From Candidatus Aminicenantales bacterium (lineage in GTDB: Bacteria > Acidobacteriota > Aminicenantia > Aminicenantales > Saccharicenantaceae): a stretch of DNA of 38,651 nt. The notes below the pieces were generated by a model, which was not told the DNA's origin, did no database searches, and saw nothing but the letters and a program-made list of their open reading frames with translations. The position numbers were made by a program, and so were the translations under genes. The stretch covers positions 62,001 through 100,651 of the forward strand of contig JBEKXF010000022.1 in assembly GCA_049512315.1 (NCBI GenBank), in the 5' to 3' direction. Each line of letters begins with the position of its first letter. Positions within the stretch are counted from its first letter, which is position 1. Positions 26,150 to 34,851 of this stretch are shown here, one piece after another.

Positions 26150-27178
26150 TTATCCGAAGAAAACCTTGGCCGTGGCGTAGAGGTCTTCGTCGACGGTTTT
26201 GGTCTTGGCCAGGGCCTCGGCCAGCGGGACGGAGACGATCTTGTTCCCCTGGAGCGCGGCCATCCGGCCGAATTCCTCTTTCTTGACCATGTCGATGGCC
26301 GCGATGCCGAGCCGCGTCGCGAGGACGCGGTCGAAGGCCGTCGGGGTGCCGCCGCGCTGGATGTGGCCGAGGACCGTCACCCGGGTCTCGATCCCCGTGC
26401 GCCTCTCGATCTCCTTGGCGAGGACATTGCCGATCCCGCCGAGCCGGACATGGCCGAAGGCGTCTTTCTCTTCCGTCTGCGTGATCAGGGTGGCATCCTT
26501 GGGCTGGGCGCCCTCCGCGACGACGACGATGCTGAAGAGCTTACCCCGCTCCCGGCGCTTGAGGATCTGGGAGCAGATCTCCGGCATGTCGAAGGGGAAT
26601 TCGGGGATGAGGATGATGTCGGCCCCGCCGGCGAGGCCGCCCTCGACGGCGATCCACCCGGCGTGCCGGCCCATGACCTCGACGACCATGACCCGGTGAT
26701 GGGCCTCGGCCGTCGTGTGGAGCCGGTCCAGGGCTTCCGTGACCACAGTGATGGCCGTGTCGAAACCGAACGTGTAATCCGTGCCGGCGAGGTCGTTGTC
26801 GATCGTTTTCGGGACGCCGACCAAGCGCAGCCCGCGCTCGTGGAGCTTGAGGGCGACGCCGAGCGTGTCCTCGCCGCCGACGGCGATGACGGCGTCCATT
26901 TCGAACTTCTCGACCTGGGAAAAGATCTTCCCGACCCCGTCCTCGACCTTGAATGGGTTCGCCCGGGACGTGCCGAGGATGGTCCCGCCGCGGGGTAGGA
27001 TCCCCGAGATGGCGCCGAGGTCCAGGGGAATGACATTGCCTTCGATGAGTCCCTGCCAGCCGTTCTTGATGCCGAGGATGTCGTAGCCGTGGACGGTGAT
27101 GCCCTTGCGGACGACGGCCCGGATGACGGCGTTGAGGCCGGGGCAATCTCCGCCGCCGGTCAGGATTCCTACTCGCAT
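26150..27178 (-). CDS. pfkA: 6-phosphofructokinase, group III, probably PPi-dependent
   Basis: ATG 27178 after GGAGG; TGGGDCPGLN, GGEDT, PKTIDND, EVMGRHAG, LGHIQRGG. Confidence 0.95.
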   Translation of the reverse strand: MRVGILTGGGDCPGLNAVIRAVVRKGITVHGYDILGIKNGWQGLIEGNVIPLDLGAISGILPRGGTILGTSRANPFKVEDGVGKIFSQVEKFEMDAVIAVGGEDTLGVALKLHERGLRLVGVPKTIDNDLAGTDYTFGFDTAITVVTEALDRLHTTAEAHHRVMVVEVMGRHAGWIAVEGGLAGGADIILIPEFPFDMPEICSQILKRRERGKLFSIVVVAEGAQPKDATLITQTEEKDAFGHVRLGGIGNVLAKEIERRTGIETRVTVLGHIQRGGTPTAFDRVLATRLGIAAIDMVKKEEFGRMAALQGNKIVSVPLAEALAKTKTVDEDLYATAKVFFG

Positions 27179-27230
27179 GTCCTTCTCCTCCCTTGGGATG
27201 TGTCGGTTCTCCAGGAGAAAAACCGCGGGA

Positions 27231-27259
27231 ATTATACTCTTTGCCCGGGCCCGTATCAA
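27231..27259 (-). promoter_or_regulatory. sigma70 promoter of pfk
   Basis: TTGATA (27259-27254), 17 bp, TATAAT (27236-27231). Confidence 0.75.
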
Positions 27260-27289
27260 GCGCCAAGGACGCTAAGATCATCCAGGGCG

Positions 27290-27329
27290 CAAAAGGGTCA
27301 GTCCATTTGCGAGAGGACTGTCCCTCTTG
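27290..27329. repeat. long imperfect inverted repeat between the divergent pfk and folD promoters (REP-like or operator)
   Basis: CAAAAGGGTCAGTCC-N10-GGACTGTCCCTCTTG, arms match 13/15. Confidence 0.7.
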
Positions 27330-27451
27330 TCCGGGCTTCGGCATCACGGGGCTTGACCATCCCGTCGGATTCATCTATATCATAGGCGTTCAGCCGCCAT
27401 CAGGGGCCGGCGACCCGGCGGCTCCGGGCCAAGCTTCGAGTGGAGGAAAAG

Positions 27452-28342
27452 ATGCCAGCCAAGATCATCAGCGGCAAGGATGTCTCCAGCCAGATCCGTG
27501 AAGAGCTCAAGGGCCGTGCTGCCCGGCTCAAGGTGAAGGGGGTTGTCCCGGGACTGGCGGTCGTCCTCGTCGGGGAAGACCCGGCGTCGGTCTCGTACGT
27601 GATGGCCAAGGCCAAGGCCGCCGAGGAGATCGGCATCTTCGAGACGACGATCCGGATGCCCGCCACCTCCTCCGAAGCGGAGATCCTGAAGACGGTCGAC
27701 GAGCTGAACAGGGATGATCGCTACAACGGTTTTCTCGTCCAGCTCCCCCTGCCGAAGTATGTCAGCTCCGATCAGGTCATCAACCTGATCTCCCCGGAAA
27801 AGGACGTCGACGGTTTCCATCCGGTCAACGTCGGTAAGATGCTGCGCGGCGAGCCGTGCCCTCTGCCGTGCACTCCTTACGGCGTCGTCCAGCTCCTCAA
27901 CCGGAGCGGCTACAGCCCAGAAGGAAAGCACGTCGTCATCTGCGGCCGGAGCAACATCGTCGGCAAGCCGCTGGCCGCTCTTCTTATCCAGAAAAGAAAG
28001 GGCGCCAACGCCACGGTCACGGTCTGCCACACAGGGACCCCGAACCTGCCGCGGTTCACCCTCCAGGCGGATATCCTCGTCGCGGCCATGGGCGTCCCGC
28101 GAATGATCAAGGCCGACATGGTCCGCGACGGCGCGGTCGTCGTCGATGTCGGGGTCAACCGGGTGGCGGACCCGGCCGCGGCCAAGGGTTTCCGGCTGGT
28201 CGGCGACTGCGATTTCGAGCCGATCAAAGAGAAGGCCGAGGCCATCACCCCCGTTCCCGGAGGGGTCGGCCCCATGACCGTGACCATGTTGATGATGAAT
28301 ACGATCGAGGCTGCGGAAAGGAAAGCCGGCCTCGTTCTTTAG
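27452..28342 (+). CDS. folD: bifunctional methylenetetrahydrofolate dehydrogenase/cyclohydrolase
   Basis: ATG 27452 after GGAGG; PGLAVVLVGEDPAS, LVQLPLP, KDVDGFHP, PCTP, GRSNIVGKP, ITPVPGGVGPMT. Confidence 0.98.
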   Translation: MPAKIISGKDVSSQIREELKGRAARLKVKGVVPGLAVVLVGEDPASVSYVMAKAKAAEEIGIFETTIRMPATSSEAEILKTVDELNRDDRYNGFLVQLPLPKYVSSDQVINLISPEKDVDGFHPVNVGKMLRGEPCPLPCTPYGVVQLLNRSGYSPEGKHVVICGRSNIVGKPLAALLIQKRKGANATVTVCHTGTPNLPRFTLQADILVAAMGVPRMIKADMVRDGAVVVDVGVNRVADPAAAKGFRLVGDCDFEPIKEKAEAITPVPGGVGPMTVTMLMMNTIEAAERKAGLVL

Positions 28343-28356
28343 GACTTCGGAGCTTT

Positions 28357-29391
28357 ATGAGGATCGGTAAAATCGACGACGCGACCTTCCGCGCCCTCAT
28401 CCTGCGGCGGCTCGGCAAGAAGGACCCGACGGTCATCGTCCCTCCGATGGCCGGCGTCGACGCGGGCGTCATCGACCTGGGCGGGGGGAAGGTCCTGGTG
28501 GTCGCCGAGGACCCGATCTTCACCATGCCCCGGCTTCCCCTCGAGACCTTCGGCTGGTTCACCGTCCACATCGGGGCGAGCGACGTGGCCGTCATGGGGG
28601 TCAAGCCCAGGTACATGACCTACTCGCTGCTTCTGCCGCCCGAGACGGGACCTGGGGATTTCACGGGCATCGTCGATTCCATCCACAAAGCGGCCCTCGA
28701 CCTGGGGATCGCCATCGTCGGGGGGCACACGGGGTTTTACCCGGGGTTCGCCGCGCCGACCATCGGGGGGATCACGGTCTTCGCCGTGGCCCGCAAGGGC
28801 GAATACATCACGCCCGCCGGAGCGAAGCCCGGGGACGACGTCATCCTGACGAAGGGACCGGCCATCGAGACGGCCGGGTTGCTCGCCGCCCTGCGCGAAG
28901 AGGAGCTCCTCGCGGCGCACCCGGCGGCGCTCGTGGAGAAGGCCAAGGGCCTCTGTTTTAAGATGAGTGTCGTTTCGGACGCCCTAACGGCCAAGGCCGC
29001 CGGCGGGGTGACGGCCATGCATGACGCCACCGAAGGCGGGGTCATCGGCGGGCTCTTCGAGATCGCCGCGGCCAGCCGCGTCGGCATGGAGGTCGACGAG
29101 GCGCTCTTCGTCTATCCCGACGAGGTCCGGATGGTCTGCGAAACGTTCGGGATCGACCCCGTGCGGGCCATCGCCGAGGGCAGCCTTCTCATCACCGCCC
29201 GGCCCGGCGCCTCCGGCAGGATCATCGCCCGCCTGAAAAGAAAAAAGATCGCGGCGTCGCTCATCGGGAAGGTCGTCGCCGACCCCCGGCGCCGGACGCT
29301 CAAACGACAAGACGGCCGCGTCGTCCCCCTGGCCATCCCTGACCAAGATCCTTTCTGGCCGGCCTTTTTCAAGGGATTGGAAAAAGCCTGA
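28357..29391 (+). CDS. AIR synthase-related (PurM/HypE/ThiL superfamily) protein of unknown function
   Basis: ATG 28357 after GGAG; GK, GVDAGV, AEDPI, ASDVAVMG, IVGGHT, GAKPGDDVILTK, AMHDATEGG. Confidence 0.88.
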   Translation: MRIGKIDDATFRALILRRLGKKDPTVIVPPMAGVDAGVIDLGGGKVLVVAEDPIFTMPRLPLETFGWFTVHIGASDVAVMGVKPRYMTYSLLLPPETGPGDFTGIVDSIHKAALDLGIAIVGGHTGFYPGFAAPTIGGITVFAVARKGEYITPAGAKPGDDVILTKGPAIETAGLLAALREEELLAAHPAALVEKAKGLCFKMSVVSDALTAKAAGGVTAMHDATEGGVIGGLFEIAAASRVGMEVDEALFVYPDEVRMVCETFGIDPVRAIAEGSLLITARPGASGRIIARLKRKKIAASLIGKVVADPRRRTLKRQDGRVVPLAIPDQDPFWPAFFKGLEKA

Positions 29392-29414
29392 CTCCGGAAA
29401 CTGGTGGGCCCGGA

Positions 29415-29445
29415 AAAAGGAAACGTTTCCATATGGTTCCCTTTT
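29415..29445. terminator. possible bidirectional terminator between convergent genes
   Basis: AAAAGGAAAC-N11-GTTCCCTTTT (9/10) with A and T runs at the ends. The stem is weak. Confidence 0.35.
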
Positions 29446-29489
29446 GGGGTTGGAGCGGGACGAAAGGCGAGGACGGGCGGGGGGACGGG

Positions 29490-29951
29490 TCAGCGGGCTC
29501 TGGCTTTGGCCTTGTCCCTGGGCTTTTTTTTCTTCTTCTCGGCCATCTCGACGACGTCGCGGAGGGTGATGTTGTTGAAGTAACTCTTCAGCATCTCCGA
29601 GGCCCCCTTCCAGATGTCGAAGGTCGGGCAGGTCTCGAGCCGGTCGCAGAAGTCGACGTCCTCGATGCACTCGACCAGGCAGCAGCTTCCCTCGAGGGCG
29701 TGGAGGATCTCGCTGAGCTTGATCTCCTTGGGGTCGCGGGCGAGCTTGTAGCCGCCGCCGGCGCCCCGGATGCTCTTGACCAGGCGGTCGATCTTGAGGG
29801 GGATGATGATCTGTTCGAGGTAACGGAGGGAGATGTCCTCGTCGGTCGCGACGTTCTTGAGAATGACCGTCCGGCTGCCGTTCCCGTAGTGCTGGGCCAG
29901 GTTGAGCATCAGGCGGGTCCCGTAACGCCCCTTGGTCGAGAGCCTGATCAT
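29490..29951 (-). CDS. Rrf2 family transcriptional regulator with three-Cys Fe-S motif (IscR/CymR-like)
   Basis: LSTKGRYG, ISLRYLEQI, KSIRGAGGGYKLA, and C-x6-C-x5-C (ECIEDVDFCDRLETC) preceded by an extra CC. Confidence 0.95.
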   Translation of the reverse strand: MIRLSTKGRYGTRLMLNLAQHYGNGSRTVILKNVATDEDISLRYLEQIIIPLKIDRLVKSIRGAGGGYKLARDPKEIKLSEILHALEGSCCLVECIEDVDFCDRLETCPTFDIWKGASEMLKSYFNNITLRDVVEMAEKKKKKPRDKAKARAR

Positions 29952-29998
29952 GATGGACTCCTTGGGGTCAGATCGAAAGTATCTATCATTCCACTTTT

Positions 29999-30027
29999 AT
30001 CTTAGTCCTTCGGCCCCTCGATTTCAA
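29999..30027 (-). promoter_or_regulatory. sigma70 promoter of rrf2
   Basis: TTGAAA (30027-30022), 17 bp, TAAGAT (30004-29999). Confidence 0.6.
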
Positions 30028-30046
30028 CATGAATTTATAGGAATTA
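30020..30046. promoter_or_regulatory. candidate Rrf2 autoregulatory operator
   Basis: GATTTCAACATGAATTTATAGGAATTA overlaps the rrf2 -35 and ends in ATAGGAATT, like CymR-type half sites. Confidence 0.5.
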
Positions 30047-30147
30047 TCTGTTTACTAAATTCAGCGCTACCATGGACGCGCCATCCCCTTCATGAGGCGC
30101 CGGGGTCACCCGCAGCATCCGGACGCGGGTGATCCGGACCCCGCGGC

Positions 30148-30176
30148 TTGACACTCCGTGGGGCGGATTGTATCCT
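30148..30176 (+). promoter_or_regulatory. sigma70 promoter of the ior operon
   Basis: TTGACA (30148-30153), 17 bp, TATCCT (30171-30176). Confidence 0.7.
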
Positions 30177-30256
30177 AGTCCTTCAACCCATGTTCGATAC
30201 GCCCGCTCTCTCCATCGTCGGGGCCGTCCGGAACAATCTCAAAACGGGGGATGCCC

Positions 30257-31849
30257 ATGGCACGACAAGTTTTGCTCGGTGACGAAGCGGTGGCTTTGGG
30301 GGCCGTCCACGCCGGCCTGTCCGCCGGATACTCCTATCCTGGGACGCCGGCCTCTGAGATCATGGAATACCTGGTCGGTCTCGCCGGCAAGGGCGGGGGA
30401 TTCAAGGCCGCCTGGTCCGTGAACGAGAAAGTGGCCTACGAGGAAGCCCTGGGGGCGTCCTACGCCGGCAAGCGGGCCCTGGTCTCCTTCAAGCACGTGG
30501 GGCTCAACGTGGCCGCGGACCCGTTCATGAACTCGGCCATGACCGGGGCCAACGGCGGCCTGGTCGTCGTCAGCGCCGACGACCCCGGGATGCACAGCTC
30601 CCAGAACGAGCAGGACAGCCGCTTCTACGCCCAGTTCGCCCAGATCTTCTGCTACGAGCCCTCGGACCACCAGGAATGCTACGACATGGCCCGGGAAGCC
30701 TTTGATGTCTCGGAAAAGCTGGGGCTTCCCGTTCTCCTCAGGCTCGTGACGCGGCTCTCCCACAGCCGGTCGTCGGTCGAGACCCGAGAGCCGAGGGCCC
30801 AGAACGGCCTCAGCATCGGGGACTGGAAGGACTGGACGCTCCTCCCGGCCAACGCCCGGAGGAGGTTCGACCTCCTCCTCAGCCGGCAGGCCGAGATCGC
30901 CCGCCTCGCTCAGGCCTCGCCCGCGAACGCCCTGACCTTGAACGACAAGGACCGTTCCCTCGGCGTCATCGCCTCGGGCATCGCCGCGAACTATTTCCGA
31001 GAGGCCGTCGCGAAAGGGGGAATCTCGCCTTCGTTCCTCAAGGTCTCGACATACCCTCTGCCCGATAAGCTCGTCCGCGAGCTCGTGGCTCACGTGGACG
31101 CGGTCCTGGTCCTTGAAGACGGATATCCCCTGATCGAAAAGACGATCCGGGGGTTTTTCGGCATCCCCGGGAAGAGGGTCCTGGGCCGGACGAGCGGAGC
31201 GCTCCCGGCCGCAGGCGAGCTCTCTCCGGACATCGTCCGCCAGGCCCTCGGCCTCGCGCCGCTCCCGGCCCAAGGCCTGAGCGACGTCGCCCTGGCCGGC
31301 CGCCCGCCCCAGCTCTGCGTCGGCTGCCCCCACGCCGACACGTTCAAGGCCCTGAACAAGGCCCGGGAGGGCTACGCCCAGTCCAATGTCTTCAGCGATA
31401 TCGGCTGCTATACGCTTGGCGCCCTGCCGCCATATAATGCCATCCAGAGTTGCGTCTGCATGGGCGCGAGCATCGGCATGGCCCGGGGGGCCTCCGATGT
31501 CGGCCTCCGGCCCGCCGTGGCCGTCATCGGCGATTCGACCTTCGCCCACTCCGGGATCACCTCTCTCCTCGGCGCGGCCGCCGCCGACGCGGATATGACC
31601 GTCATCATCCTCGACAACGGGACCGTGGCCATGACCGGCTGCCAGCCGAGCTACGGCTCGGGCGAGCGTCTCCTCAGGATCATCGAGGGCGTCGGGGTCC
31701 CGAAGGAACACATCCGGACGATCGAGCCCCTCCCCAAGAACCACGAGAAGAATGTCCAGGTCATCAAGGAGGAAATGGACCACCGCGGCCTGTCCGTCAT
31801 CGTGGCCGTCCGGGCATGCATCCAGGAATCGAGGAAGAAAAGGAGCTAG
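30257..31849 (+). CDS. iorA: indolepyruvate:ferredoxin oxidoreductase alpha subunit (short form, no C-terminal ferredoxin domain)
   Basis: LGDEAVALGA, YPGTPASEI, NEKVAYE, KHVGLNVAADP, DDPGMHSSQNEQD, RPPQLCVGCPH, DIGCY, TPP motif GDSTFAHSG..LDN. Start 30251 or 30257. Confidence 0.95.
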   Translation: MARQVLLGDEAVALGAVHAGLSAGYSYPGTPASEIMEYLVGLAGKGGGFKAAWSVNEKVAYEEALGASYAGKRALVSFKHVGLNVAADPFMNSAMTGANGGLVVVSADDPGMHSSQNEQDSRFYAQFAQIFCYEPSDHQECYDMAREAFDVSEKLGLPVLLRLVTRLSHSRSSVETREPRAQNGLSIGDWKDWTLLPANARRRFDLLLSRQAEIARLAQASPANALTLNDKDRSLGVIASGIAANYFREAVAKGGISPSFLKVSTYPLPDKLVRELVAHVDAVLVLEDGYPLIEKTIRGFFGIPGKRVLGRTSGALPAAGELSPDIVRQALGLAPLPAQGLSDVALAGRPPQLCVGCPHADTFKALNKAREGYAQSNVFSDIGCYTLGALPPYNAIQSCVCMGASIGMARGASDVGLRPAVAVIGDSTFAHSGITSLLGAAAADADMTVIILDNGTVAMTGCQPSYGSGERLLRIIEGVGVPKEHIRTIEPLPKNHEKNVQVIKEEMDHRGLSVIVAVRACIQESRKKRS

Positions 31850-31852
31850 GCC

Positions 31853-32431
31853 ATGAAGCAGGACATCATTCTCGCGGGAGTGGGCGGCCAGGGGATCCTG
31901 TCCATCGCCTTCGTCATCGATAACGCGGCCCTGGCCGACGGCCTCCAGTTCAAGCAGGCCGAGGTCCACGGCATGGCCCAGCGCGGAGGCGCCGTCCAGT
32001 CCCATCTGCGGCTCTCGAGCGAGAGGATCTGGAGCGACCTCATCCCCAAGGGAGAGGCCGACATGATCCTGAGCGTCGAGCCCCTCGAGGCCCTCCGCTA
32101 TTTCGATTACCTCAAGCCCGGCGGGACCGTGGTGACAAGCTCGACACCCTATAAGAACATCCCCGACTATCCCGACCTGGACAAGGTCCTCGGGGCCGTG
32201 CGGAAGGCCGGGCGGAGCGTCATCGTCGATTCCGAAAAGGTCGCCAAGGAGGCCGGGACGTCCAAGGCCCAGAACATCGTCATGCTCGGCGCCGCCTCGC
32301 CTTTCCTCGCGCTCAAGGAGGCGACCCTCCGCTCCCTCATCGAAGCCTTGTTCAAGCCGCGCGGGCCGGCCATGGTCGAGGCCAACCTCAAGGCCTTCGA
32401 ACTTGGCCGGGCCGCGGCAGGGCCGTCCTGA
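31853..32431 (+). CDS. iorB: indolepyruvate oxidoreductase beta subunit
   Basis: GVGGQG, AEVHGMAQRGGAVQSHLR, EPLEALRY, NIVMLGA, NLKAFELG. Confidence 0.95.
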   Translation: MKQDIILAGVGGQGILSIAFVIDNAALADGLQFKQAEVHGMAQRGGAVQSHLRLSSERIWSDLIPKGEADMILSVEPLEALRYFDYLKPGGTVVTSSTPYKNIPDYPDLDKVLGAVRKAGRSVIVDSEKVAKEAGTSKAQNIVMLGAASPFLALKEATLRSLIEALFKPRGPAMVEANLKAFELGRAAAGPS

Positions 32432-32445
32432 GCCGGGAGCCGCCC

Positions 32446-34791
32446 ATGAAAATCAACATCCGCAGGATCGACCGCGTTTTCGCGGCCGCGGAGAAAGACG
32501 GGCGCAGCTTCCTCCTGGAGCCCGAAGTCTACGAAGTCCTCAGGCTGGCCGGGGTCGCCGGGCCCCGGTTCTTCTTCATCCCCGCGGGAACGAAAGCCGC
32601 CCGAAAAGACCTGGCTGCCCTCGGCTCGGACTCGGCCGTCGTCAAGATCGTTTCTCCCCTGATCATCCACAAGTCGGACGTGGGTGGGGTGGAGTTCGTC
32701 CAGGCGGACGCGGCCGCTGTCAACCGGGCCTGCGCCCAGATGCTCCGGACCGTCCCGCCGCGCTATCTCCGGTGGGAGAAAAAAACCCCCAAGGCCGGCT
32801 CCGGCGACTCCCCGGACCTCAAGTCGGTCAGGGCGTCTGTCCGCGGCTTCCTGGTCATGGAAAAGGTCAGGTTCGAGAATGTCGGCTTCGGCTCCGAGCT
32901 CCTCCTCGGCGCCAGGAACTCGCGCGACTTCGGCCCGATCCTCACGATGGGCGGCGGCGGCCTGGACGTCGAGTACATGAACGAGCGCCTCCGCGAGGGG
33001 CGGGCGGCGGCCACGAGCTCCGTCCATCTCGTGGCGGATGACGCGGTCCCGGGCCTTCTCGAGCCCTTGGCCTTCTTCGGTAAGCTGGCCTCTGAATTCC
33101 GGGGCCGCAAGCCCCTCGTTGCGCCCAGGACCCTGGCCGAAACGTTCCTCCGTTTCAGGGACCTGGCCGCGGCCTTCTCTCCATATTCGGACCTTTCGCC
33201 CTTCGTCATCGAGGAAGCCGAGGTCAATCCGTTCGTTGCTCGGGGAGGGAAGCTCGTCCCGCTCGACGGGGTCTGCCGGTTTTCGCGCGAAAAAAGGGAC
33301 GTGACGGGCCGCCCCGCGGCGGATATCCGGGCGCTTCTGCGGCCGGCGTCCATCGGCATCATCGGCGTCTCGGAAAAGATGAACATCGGCCACATCATCC
33401 TCAACAACGTCCTGAAGAACGGCTTCCCCCGGGAGAGTGTCATTGTCGTCAAGCCCGGCCTTCTCGAGATCGAAGGCTGCCGCTGCGTCTCCTCGATCAA
33501 GGACATGCCCCAGACGGTCGATCTTTTCGTCCTGACCCTGGCCGCCGAGCAGTGTTCCGAAATCATGAAGGAGCTCGTCGAGAACGGCCGGGCGCGCTCG
33601 GTCATCCTCATCGCCGGGGGAATGGGGGAGAAGGAGGGCGGGGGGTCGATCGAAGAGGAGATCCGCGGGCTCTTGGCCAGGGGCCGGGCCGAGGGCCAGA
33701 TCACGCCCATCGTCAACGGCGGAAACTGCCTGGGTGTTTATTCGAAGCCTGGCCGCTACGACACGCTCTTCATCCCCGACCACAAGCTTCCCCGGCCGCA
33801 AGGCCCGGGATCGGGCCTGGCCGTGGTCAGCCAGAGCGGCGCTTTCATGATCTGCCGGATGAGCAAGCTGCCCATGATCGTGCCGGTCTACGCGGTTTCT
33901 TTGGGCAACCAGCTCGACCTGACGGTTTCGGATTACATGAAGTATCTCCGGGACGACCCGGAGGTCAAGAGCCTCGCCGTCTACATGGAAGGCTTCAAGC
34001 CAGGGGACGGCCTCGCTTTCGCCCGGGCCGTCCGTGAGATCACCGCCGACGGTCACCGGACGGTCCTCGTCTACAAGGCGGGCCGGAGTCCCGAGGGGCG
34101 GGCCGCGACCTCGAGCCACACGGCTTCTGTCGCGGGCGATTACGCCATCTTCCGCTCTGTCCTCGAACAGGCGGGCGCGATCGTTGCCGCCGACCTTTTT
34201 GAGTTCGAGAGCTTCATGAAGGGCCTCGTTTTCCTCGACGCAAAAAAGGTCCGGGGCCGCCGGGCGGGTCTCATCAGCAACGCCGGGTTCGAGTGCGTCG
34301 TCCTGGCCGACAACCTGAAGGACGGCGCCGGCCTCGAGCTGGCCGCGTTCGCGCCCGAAACTCGGCAAAAGATCATCTCGGCCCTCCACCCCCTCGGCAT
34401 CGACCGGCTCCAGGACGTCCACAACCCCCTCGACGTCACGCCCGTCGCCGACGACGCCGTCTTCTCCGAATGCGCTCGGGCCGTCATCGAGGACCCGGGG
34501 GTGGACTGCGCCGTCGTTTCCAACGTCCCCCTGACGCCGGCCGAGCAGACTCTTCCGGCCGGCGAGGGACATCGCGAAGATTTCTTGAGGCCGGAGAGCT
34601 TCGCCCGCCGGACGGTCGAGATCTTCCGGACCACGGACAAGCCGCTCGTCGCGTGCATCGATGCCGGCGAGCTCTACACTCCCCTGGCCGCCTTCCTCGA
34701 AAGCTCGGGAATTCCCGTGTTCCGGCGGGCCGACGAGGCCGTCCGTTTCCTGAGGGCTTACGTGGGGCACAAGCTCGGGCCGGGGAAATAG
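32446..34791 (+). CDS. ADP-forming acyl-CoA synthetase (ACD family), fused with beta-alpha domain order
   Basis: N-terminal ATP-grasp (LLEPEVYEVL, VVKIVSP.IIHKSDVGGV, EAEVNP), then CoA-binding domain (SIGIIGVS, GGNCLG, VSQSGA, SLGNQLD), phospho-His SSHTAS, SNAG, HNPLDVT. Confidence 0.9.
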   Translation: MKINIRRIDRVFAAAEKDGRSFLLEPEVYEVLRLAGVAGPRFFFIPAGTKAARKDLAALGSDSAVVKIVSPLIIHKSDVGGVEFVQADAAAVNRACAQMLRTVPPRYLRWEKKTPKAGSGDSPDLKSVRASVRGFLVMEKVRFENVGFGSELLLGARNSRDFGPILTMGGGGLDVEYMNERLREGRAAATSSVHLVADDAVPGLLEPLAFFGKLASEFRGRKPLVAPRTLAETFLRFRDLAAAFSPYSDLSPFVIEEAEVNPFVARGGKLVPLDGVCRFSREKRDVTGRPAADIRALLRPASIGIIGVSEKMNIGHIILNNVLKNGFPRESVIVVKPGLLEIEGCRCVSSIKDMPQTVDLFVLTLAAEQCSEIMKELVENGRARSVILIAGGMGEKEGGGSIEEEIRGLLARGRAEGQITPIVNGGNCLGVYSKPGRYDTLFIPDHKLPRPQGPGSGLAVVSQSGAFMICRMSKLPMIVPVYAVSLGNQLDLTVSDYMKYLRDDPEVKSLAVYMEGFKPGDGLAFARAVREITADGHRTVLVYKAGRSPEGRAATSSHTASVAGDYAIFRSVLEQAGAIVAADLFEFESFMKGLVFLDAKKVRGRRAGLISNAGFECVVLADNLKDGAGLELAAFAPETRQKIISALHPLGIDRLQDVHNPLDVTPVADDAVFSECARAVIEDPGVDCAVVSNVPLTPAEQTLPAGEGHREDFLRPESFARRTVEIFRTTDKPLVACIDAGELYTPLAAFLESSGIPVFRRADEAVRFLRAYVGHKLGPGK

Positions 34792-34851
34792 GCTCAAGCC
34801 GTCCCGGCGGCCGCAGCGGACGTCCGGAACCGGATCGTGGAGGAGGTTCGC

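Noticed and set aside
27385..27451. Structured folD leader (AGCCGCC...GGCGGCT stem) as a ZMP/ZTP or THF riboswitch
   Set aside because: It lacks the pfl-motif conserved segments I recall (GACUGGCG, CGCCUGGG) and looks too short. An Rfam scan would be decisive.
30190..30282. 30-codon upstream ORF overlapping the iorA start as a leader peptide
   Set aside because: It has no SD, no run of aromatic codons and no attenuator structure. It is expected by chance.
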